From Pseudomonadota bacterium (GTDB lineage: Bacteria; Bdellovibrionota_B; Oligoflexia; Oligoflexales; CAIYRB01): a stretch of 12,490 nucleotides of DNA. How positions within the stretch are numbered: the stretch's first letter is position 1; the number at the start of each line of letters is the position of its first letter. Positions 6,614 through 12,490 of this stretch are shown one piece after another. A model generated the notes under the pieces. It had not been told where the DNA came from. It did no database searches and saw only the letters and a list, made by a program, of their open reading frames with translations. The stretch lies in assembly GCA_031416315.1 (NCBI GenBank), contig JANOTL010000071.1, forward strand, positions 1 to 12,490. The letters are read 5' to 3'. Made by a program: the position numbers and the translations under genes.

Positions 6614-7578
6614 CAGTCCACTATAGGAGCCGAAAGAAAGCTCGTAAAGTCGCCATCTTCCAGTTGACTCCAGGTGCCTTGCGCTTTGGCGTCGCGCTTT
6701 TGCACGTCGCGCTCGCGGACGCCGCTCGCTGCGCATTGGAGCGTCTTGGCGTGGCCTTTATAGGTCCGGGGCCGGCCGAGAACGCGCGCTCCGGTCGGCG
6801 GCGGCGGCGCCACGTCCGCGAGCACCAGAAAGCTGACCGGCAGACTGCGCAGATCGACCCCGAGCTCCTTGCGAAACCGTGCCCACAACGCGCTCTGCGA
6901 CACTTCGGCCGGCGGCCGCGCGAAGTTGTGGCACCAATGGCGGGCGTTCTCGGGCGCCCCGAGACCGCAGGGACCGGAGTGTCCGCAGGGGGCCACGACC
7001 TGACGCGTGCCTCTTAAGCTCTCGCGCGCCTGATTCAGCGTGCGGCTCGCGGTCGAGGTGCCCGGCTCGACCCAGATCGTGAGCTCGGCGGTCGCCGCGA
7101 GGCGCACGAGCTGCGCCAAAGCCGCCGCGTCGAGCTCGGTGACGACGTGGCTCGCGAGGAGGATCGACCGCGGTGGCAGCGCGGCCACCTTCGGATCCCA
7201 GCGCCCGACGGCGGTCCCCGGGGCCTCGGCCTTGATCCGCTGCTCGGCGAACTGCAGCGCGCGCTCGCTACGGTCGGCGATCTGCACCGAGAACCCTGGA
7301 AACGCCGCGAGAAAAGCCCGCGTCGCGATCCCGGTGCCCGTGCCGAAGTCGAAGACGGTCGCGCCCGGCGGCGGCACCAGGGCGCGTGCCTGGAGCTCGG
7401 TCAGGACCGCGTCCCACTTCCAGCGGATGCGCTCGGCAAAGGTCGCGTCGTACGCCGCCAGGTGCCGCTCGCTCGCCCAGTAGTCGGGGAGGGCGCTCGA
7501 CGGCGCCTCACCCGCCTCCAAGAAACCAGCGCGCATCGCGCGCAAGAGCGCCCAGTCGACCTCGGAGCCGTCCGTCAT
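6613..7578 (-). CDS. Rsm22/METTL17-family class I SAM-dependent methyltransferase-like protein (321 aa)
   Basis: SAM motif VFDFGTGTG, LASHVVTEL, WVEPGT, VVAPCGHSGPC...WCHNF, ARVLGRP...KGH...LQC. Start reassigned to ATG 7578, which overlaps the upstream stop (ATGA). Confidence 0.85.
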   Translation of the reverse strand: MTDGSEVDWALLRAMRAGFLEAGEAPSSALPDYWASERHLAAYDATFAERIRWKWDAVLTELQARALVPPPGATVFDFGTGTGIATRAFLAAFPGFSVQIADRSERALQFAEQRIKAEAPGTAVGRWDPKVAALPPRSILLASHVVTELDAAALAQLVRLAATAELTIWVEPGTSTASRTLNQARESLRGTRQVVAPCGHSGPCGLGAPENARHWCHNFARPPAEVSQSALWARFRKELGVDLRSLPVSFLVLADVAPPPPTGARVLGRPRTYKGHAKTLQCAASGVRERDVQKRDAKAQGTWSQLEDGDFTSFLSAPIVD

Positions 7579-8339
7579 TTTCCGTCGATGCTGCACAAAG
7601 TCGCGAGCCAATAGTCGCAGCCGGGGTCGCTCAGCGCCGAGGACGCGCTTTGCACCACCTTGGCGTCTTCGCCGTCGCAGGCCGCGGCCGAGCCGTTCTT
7701 GTTGCAGAACCTTTCGCGCACGCAACGACGGAGCTTTTGGTCGCCGCCGAAGAAGGCTTTGTCGTAGACGAAGGCCAGGGCGTCGATGCTCTTCTCGCCG
7801 CACGCGAGCGTGTCCTTCACCGAGCCGTCGCAGAGGGCGCCGAAAACCTCTTTCTTGCACTTGCCGCGCGCAGTCTCGCGCAGCGCGTCGGCGACGGTGC
7901 GCGTGGCGGCGTCGCAGTGCGAGGGGTCGCCGCTACAGACGTGCGCCGTCAGGCACTTCATCTGGCCAGATGATTTGCCGGCGAGGGCGGCTTTGAGGTC
8001 GGCCTGCGCCGCAGCGTCGCATGCGTTAGGGTCGAAGGCGGCCGCCGAGGCGGCCTCGGGCTTCTTTAGGCTCTGCACCCTGCCCGAGCAACCGGCGGTG
8101 CAACCGCAGGTCTTTGCCTGGAAGCCTTTGGAGACGCAGAGGTCGACGTACTTCACGTCGTAGGTGTTCTGCTTGCAGCCGCCTTCGGGGACGTCGCACT
8201 CGATGCTCTCGCCGTAGACGTCGAACCAGGCGCGCACTTCGAGCGAGGCGAGCTCGGCGTCGCGCTCCGGATTGGCGGTGCGGCATTGCACGGTCAGCGT
8301 CAGTAACGCGAGCGCCAAGAGGGCCAGCGAACGCCGCAT
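7575..8339 (-). CDS. Cysteine-rich exported protein, probable lipoprotein (254 aa, 19 Cys)
   Basis: SD AGGAG (8345-8349). N-terminus MRRSLALLALALLTLTVQC has a basic n-region, an h-region and Cys19 (non-canonical lipobox). The other 18 Cys fall in three groups of six. Confidence 0.85.
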   Translation of the reverse strand: MRRSLALLALALLTLTVQCRTANPERDAELASLEVRAWFDVYGESIECDVPEGGCKQNTYDVKYVDLCVSKGFQAKTCGCTAGCSGRVQSLKKPEAASAAAFDPNACDAAAQADLKAALAGKSSGQMKCLTAHVCSGDPSHCDAATRTVADALRETARGKCKKEVFGALCDGSVKDTLACGEKSIDALAFVYDKAFFGGDQKLRRCVRERFCNKNGSAAACDGEDAKVVQSASSALSDPGCDYWLATLCSIDGK

Positions 8340-8377
8340 AGGGTCTCCTACTTCATACGGAAAAAGTTGGTTCTTGG

Positions 8378-8406
8378 ATTATTCCACCAGCGCGGGCGGA
8401 AGCCAA
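8378..8406 (-). promoter_or_regulatory. Candidate promoter for the lipoprotein-Rsm22-flippase operon
   Basis: TTGGCT (8401-8406), 17 bp, AATAAT (8378-8383), with TG at the extended -10 position. It lies in the divergent intergenic gap. Confidence 0.4.
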
Positions 8407-8478
8407 GCCGCTCCTTGTAGTATCAGGCCGTTGCGACCGAACTGTCAGCTTTGGCATCCGTGTGCCGACGAGTCCCGC

Positions 8479-9276
8479 ATGTCCCGACTCGAACGCCTCA
8501 AGCATCTGCCCATCCTCAGCGTTTTCCTTCGGAAGCGCTATGAGCGTCGCTTTGCCACGGCGCGAGGCATGAACCTCTTCCGCGGCGTGTTCCCCGACTT
8601 CAAGGGAGCCTTGGCGAGCGTGCCGCAGACGAAGCCCGTCGGCTACGACATTCCGGAGACCGCCGGGATGTACCAGGAGCGGCTCACGAAGGTCGTGGAC
8701 TCCGACTACCCGCCGATGTTCTGGCTCCGGGGCATTCTGGCCCCCGGGATGCGCGTCTTCGACTTCGGCGGCCATGTCGGGATCGCCTATCACGCTTACT
8801 CGCGCTATTTCCCGTTCCCGGAAGGCCTCACCTGGACCGTCTGCGACGTGCCGAGCGTCACCAAGGCCGGCGAGGCGATGGCTGCCGAGCGCGGGCTCAC
8901 GGGCCTGCGCTTTGCCAACGACTGGCGCGTCGTGACCGGCGCCGACGTGCTCGTCTCTTTCGGCGCCCTGCAGTACCTCGAGGCTCCGGTGCTCGAGGCG
9001 ATGCTCGCCACCTGGACCGAAAAGCCCCGGCACATCGTTCTGAACAAGCTCCCCGTCCACGAATCCCGCGCCTTCGTGACCCTGCAGAACATGAGCGCTG
9101 CCTTCTGCCCATACCGCATCTTCCGCCGCAAGGATCTGATCGCGGCCGTGGAATCACAGGGCTACGAGCTCGTCGACGCGTGGACGTCCGATGAGTCGGC
9201 CTACATTCCTTTTCCCCAAGGCATGTCGATCGCGCGCTACTCTGGCTTCTACTTCCGCCGAAAAGCCGCGAGCTGA
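8479..9276 (+). CDS. Putative SAM-dependent methyltransferase, TIGR04325 (LIC12133)-like family (265 aa)
   Basis: FRGVF..F..A, GYD, DYP..FWL, RVFDFGGHVG..Y, WTVCDVP, SFGALQYLE, FVTLQN...CPYRIF are motifs I recognise from this family. Start reassigned to ATG 8479 because the longer ORF overlaps the divergent gene. Confidence 0.82.
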   Translation: MSRLERLKHLPILSVFLRKRYERRFATARGMNLFRGVFPDFKGALASVPQTKPVGYDIPETAGMYQERLTKVVDSDYPPMFWLRGILAPGMRVFDFGGHVGIAYHAYSRYFPFPEGLTWTVCDVPSVTKAGEAMAAERGLTGLRFANDWRVVTGADVLVSFGALQYLEAPVLEAMLATWTEKPRHIVLNKLPVHESRAFVTLQNMSAAFCPYRIFRRKDLIAAVESQGYELVDAWTSDESAYIPFPQGMSIARYSGFYFRRKAAS

Positions 9277-9303
9277 TCCAAGCTGATCGCCTCTTTGACC
9301 AGT

Positions 9304-12300
9304 TTAACCGCCACTCGGGGCGGAGCCCTTCACTTCCAGCACGTGGCCGGCGGAAAATGCGGCAAACTCCGGCGCGTACATGGACTGCACGGTCGCCGGC
9401 CCGACCCGAAACCGCCCGCCCATGTTGGCCCGGACGCGGTACTTGAAGGTGTACTGCCCGGGCGGCAGGCGCTCGAAGAAGAAGTTCGCGCCGCTGTCGC
9501 GCGTCTCCTCGTAGACGCCGAGGCCCAAGTCCCAACGCCACCCGGAGGTCTGCCCGTCCGGCTCGAGTCCCGCCGCGCGCGGATCGCGCAGATGCACGTA
9601 CTCCGCTTCGTGCTTCGAGGTGAGTGAGAGTTGCACCTCCACCTCGTCACCCGGCAGGAGCACGGTCTTCTCGCTGATCGGGGTCAAGCTCGCGTCCTTG
9701 CCCCCCTTCGCGTCCCGCTTGAAGTAGGCGCGCGCGACGGTGAAAAAGTCGCCGGTGCCCTCGGTCGGAAGGCGGTCGGTCGTGTAGTGCCAGGTCGCCG
9801 AGGCGAACATCAGGCCCTTCGTCTCCTTCGCCACCTCAATTTTCGCCATCTCCTGCGGCTTGATGTCGGAGCCTTCGACGACGAGCTGCGCGCGCCCGAC
9901 GTAACGGTCCGGCGCGAAAGTGAAGTCCTTGCGCACGGTCCCGATCGCAACCTTTGCCGCTTCTTTCACGCCGAGCGCGCCCGTCTGCTTCAGGTAGTGC
10001 ACCAGCGAGTAGATGACCTCCGCGGTCGCTCGCGTCGACTTCCAGTGGCTCATTTTCTTGTTTAGGAAGAGCCAAGTCACGAGCCCGTCGAGCTTTGGAT
10101 GCTTGGGCTCGATCTCCGTCAAGGCGCGTAAGACGAAAGCATGCGTCTCGATCGTGTCGCGGTACCAAAGCCAGCTGCGATCCTCCGGCAGCCAGAACGT
10201 GCCGAGGTCCTTCTCCGTCTTCGCCGAGTCCATCACGCTGTCGAGAACCAACTTCGCGTCCGCCGCGCGACCGGCTCGCTTCAGGGTCAGCGCCAAGTAT
10301 GCCTTCAGGTACGGCGAATGCTCCTTCCAATGCTTGAACGAATGCGCGAGGATCAATTCGCGCTCGGCGGGCTTCAGCGCGTTGCCCGTCCAGGACGGAT
10401 CAGGATAAGCCGAGGCCACGTAGTTCAGGAACGTCAGCCATTCCCAGCAACAATCCTGTTTGATCTTCGCCGCGTACTCGTTGCGGAACTGCTGACCCAG
10501 CCAATTCCACGAGCGCTTGACCACGTCCTTCGGCACGTCGACGCCGAACTCGACCGCCTTGGCGAAACCGTGCATCAAATAGAGCGTGATGTATTCCGAC
10601 GAGCGCCCGCCCGGGAACCAGGGGAAGCCGCCGTCTTGGTTCTGCGCTTTGACCAGCTTCGCCAAAGCCGCGGTCCGCTGCGCTTTCGCGACCGCGGGGT
10701 CCAAGACGCGGATCAGGTCCTCGTCGGCTCGCGCGCCGCCGCGTGCCTCGTTGAGCCAAGGCGTCTCCTCCATCGTCATGACGCGGTTCGGATCGCTCGC
10801 GCCCTCGGGGGAGAACGCCTCGAGCTGCGAAGGCCGTTTCGCCGCCATCTCCTTCGCCATCTTGGCGACCGCGGGAAACTCGGCGAACACGCTCGACACG
10901 ATCCCCGTCGATAGGAAGCGATTGAGCGTCTGCTCCGTGCATTCGTACGGATAGAGCGCGAGGTAGGGCAGTGCCTTCATCACGCCGTAGAAGAGCTGCG
11001 CGTCGAGCGTCACGACCAACTTCTCGTCGACGCGCGTGCTATCGTCCGTCTTCGCCAGATCGGGGAACTCGAGGATGCGCGATTCCTTGTCCTTCAAGGT
11101 CACGAACTTCGACTGCATGAGGCGCATCCGGCTCGGCAGGACCGGCAGCGGCCGGAGCTCGCCGTCGCCCAGGGCGCCCGCGCGCGCCGTCACCTTGAAC
11201 GCATAAATTCCGACGGCCTTCGGCGCCGTCAGCGCGAAGACGACGTCGGTGCCGCCGCCTTTGGCCGCCTTGAAGGTGCGTTTCGCCTCCGTAAGCCCGA
11301 AGGCGGCGTTGCGGCTCTCGCCACTCTCGGCGTCGGCGATCTCCAACGTGATCTCGCCCGAAAGCTCCGTCTCGCCCGCATTGTTGACCGCCACTTTGAG
11401 CTCGGCCGCGTCGCCCTCGCGGAAGAAGCGCGGCATGTAGGGTCGGACCATCAGGTCCTTGACGCTCTTCGTCTCGCGATGCGTCGAGCCGGAGCGCAGG
11501 TCCTTGGTCACCGCGTGCACCCAGACGTTCCAGCCGGTGACCGAGTCGGGGACCGTGAACGACAAGGTGGCGCGCCCGTCCTTGCCGGTGAGGAGCTGCG
11601 GCATGAAGAACGCGGTCTCGGAGAAATTCTCGCGCAAAGGCATTTCGCCCGCGCCGGGCCGCTCCCCGCCTGGGCCTTCGAAGCCTTCGACGGTCGCGCC
11701 GTCCGCCTGCGAGCGCTCTTCCTCGTCCGAGTCCTTGAGCGCACGCGCGGAGTCGGCCGACTGCAGCCCCACTGCCGGCGCCGCCATCGCCGGCGCGGGC
11801 GCCGACTTCGCCATGTTTCGGCCCTTTTTTCCCGACGGCGGCGAGCCTTCGGCCAGCATCATGCCGCGGCCGTGCCCGCCCCCGTAACCGCCGAGCCCGC
11901 CGACTCCGTAGCCGTCCAACAGCTTCAGCGTATCGCCCCGCAGGCCAGAGTAGCCGGGGACGTGCGCCAGGTGGTCTTCGCCGATGCCGCGGACCGGCGC
12001 CTGTCCCAAGCTCGCGCGCGAGGCTCGCGCATGACTCAGATCCGGGTAGATCGACAGCGGCGACGGCGGCGCATGCAGCGCGAACGCGTCGAGGCTCTTG
12101 TCGTACATGTAGGCGAGGAGCTCGGCAGCGTCCTTCTCGGGCTCCGAGCTCTTCACCGTGACCTCGAAGGTCTCCTTCGCGCCCGGGGTCAGCTTGTCGC
12201 GGAAGCTCGTGAGCTCGACCGCGAGCTCTTTGTTCGTCCACGGGACGCCGATGCGTTGCGAGGCCGTCACCCACTGGTGGTCGATCACAGCGCTGAGACT

Positions 12301-12490
12301 CAAAGTGAAGCCGCCGCGGTCCTTCTCCGTCACCGGGAAGGCCAGGAGACTCTCCTCGCAGCCCTTGAGAAACCGGCGCTCGACGAGCGTGCCGTCGCGA
12401 AAACGGTCGAGGATCATAGTCTGCTTGGCAATGCCGGAGCATGCGACCAAGCGTGCGATGCCGCCCGGCTCGACCGACGTTCTTTCCGCG
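9304..12490 (-). CDS. Bacterial alpha-2-macroglobulin family protein, C-terminal ~1060 aa; 5' end lies beyond the right window edge
   Basis: FRDKLTPG.KE, MYDKSLD, low-complexity bait region, LRENFSETAFF.PQL, F.VPDSVT.W, KDLMVRP..PRFFREGD, thioester YPYECTEQ, QNQDGGFPWFPG, W.STRATAE, PATVQSMYAPEF. The frame stays open from 12450 to the window end (AERTSVEPGGIARLVACSG). Confidence 0.95.
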   Translation of the reverse strand, partial: AERTSVEPGGIARLVACSGIAKQTMILDRFRDGTLVERRFLKGCEESLLAFPVTEKDRGGFTLSLSAVIDHQWVTASQRIGVPWTNKELAVELTSFRDKLTPGAKETFEVTVKSSEPEKDAAELLAYMYDKSLDAFALHAPPSPLSIYPDLSHARASRASLGQAPVRGIGEDHLAHVPGYSGLRGDTLKLLDGYGVGGLGGYGGGHGRGMMLAEGSPPSGKKGRNMAKSAPAPAMAAPAVGLQSADSARALKDSDEEERSQADGATVEGFEGPGGERPGAGEMPLRENFSETAFFMPQLLTGKDGRATLSFTVPDSVTGWNVWVHAVTKDLRSGSTHRETKSVKDLMVRPYMPRFFREGDAAELKVAVNNAGETELSGEITLEIADAESGESRNAAFGLTEAKRTFKAAKGGGTDVVFALTAPKAVGIYAFKVTARAGALGDGELRPLPVLPSRMRLMQSKFVTLKDKESRILEFPDLAKTDDSTRVDEKLVVTLDAQLFYGVMKALPYLALYPYECTEQTLNRFLSTGIVSSVFAEFPAVAKMAKEMAAKRPSQLEAFSPEGASDPNRVMTMEETPWLNEARGGARADEDLIRVLDPAVAKAQRTAALAKLVKAQNQDGGFPWFPGGRSSEYITLYLMHGFAKAVEFGVDVPKDVVKRSWNWLGQQFRNEYAAKIKQDCCWEWLTFLNYVASAYPDPSWTGNALKPAERELILAHSFKHWKEHSPYLKAYLALTLKRAGRAADAKLVLDSVMDSAKTEKDLGTFWLPEDRSWLWYRDTIETHAFVLRALTEIEPKHPKLDGLVTWLFLNKKMSHWKSTRATAEVIYSLVHYLKQTGALGVKEAAKVAIGTVRKDFTFAPDRYVGRAQLVVEGSDIKPQEMAKIEVAKETKGLMFASATWHYTTDRLPTEGTGDFFTVARAYFKRDAKGGKDASLTPISEKTVLLPGDEVEVQLSLTSKHEAEYVHLRDPRAAGLEPDGQTSGWRWDLGLGVYEETRDSGANFFFERLPPGQYTFKYRVRANMGGRFRVGPATVQSMYAPEFAAFSAGHVLEVKGSAPSGG

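Noticed and set aside
6614..7860. ORF-track starts at 6736 (flippase) and 7860 (Rsm22-like)
   Set aside because: They overlap the upstream genes extensively with Arg-rich sequence. The coupled ATGs at 6613 and 7578 fit better.
7575..8339. Multiheme cytochrome c or ferredoxin interpretation of the Cys-rich protein
   Set aside because: No CxxCH or CxxCxxC motifs. The export signal and even Cys grouping favour disulfides.

Overview
GC-rich bacterial chromosomal window with nine supportable CDSs. Left to right: a divergent translation initiation factor IF-3 (infC, minus strand, missed by the ORF track because it runs off the left edge) with a >100 aa Pro/Ala tail; a hypothetical membrane protein; a CNNM/HlyC-CorC (DUF21-CBS-CorC) protein; a secreted TPR protein; a translationally coupled minus-strand operon (Cys-rich lipoprotein, Rsm22/METTL17-like methyltransferase, Wzx-type flippase); a divergent TIGR04325-like methyltransferase; and the 3' part of a thioester-bearing bacterial alpha-2-macroglobulin. 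Two structured intergenic repeats stand out: a 153-bp nested palindrome with perfect 42-bp terminal inverted repeats (878-1030), and a tandem-plus-inverted 8/9-bp repeat (3168-3299). No CRISPR array, RNA gene, transposase or defence system is visible. The sequence alone does not demonstrate a new multi-gene system. The best candidates for a second look are the lipoprotein-Rsm22-flippase operon, the nested REP/MITE-like element and the atypical stand-alone IF-3. Family assignments come from recognised motifs, not database searches.
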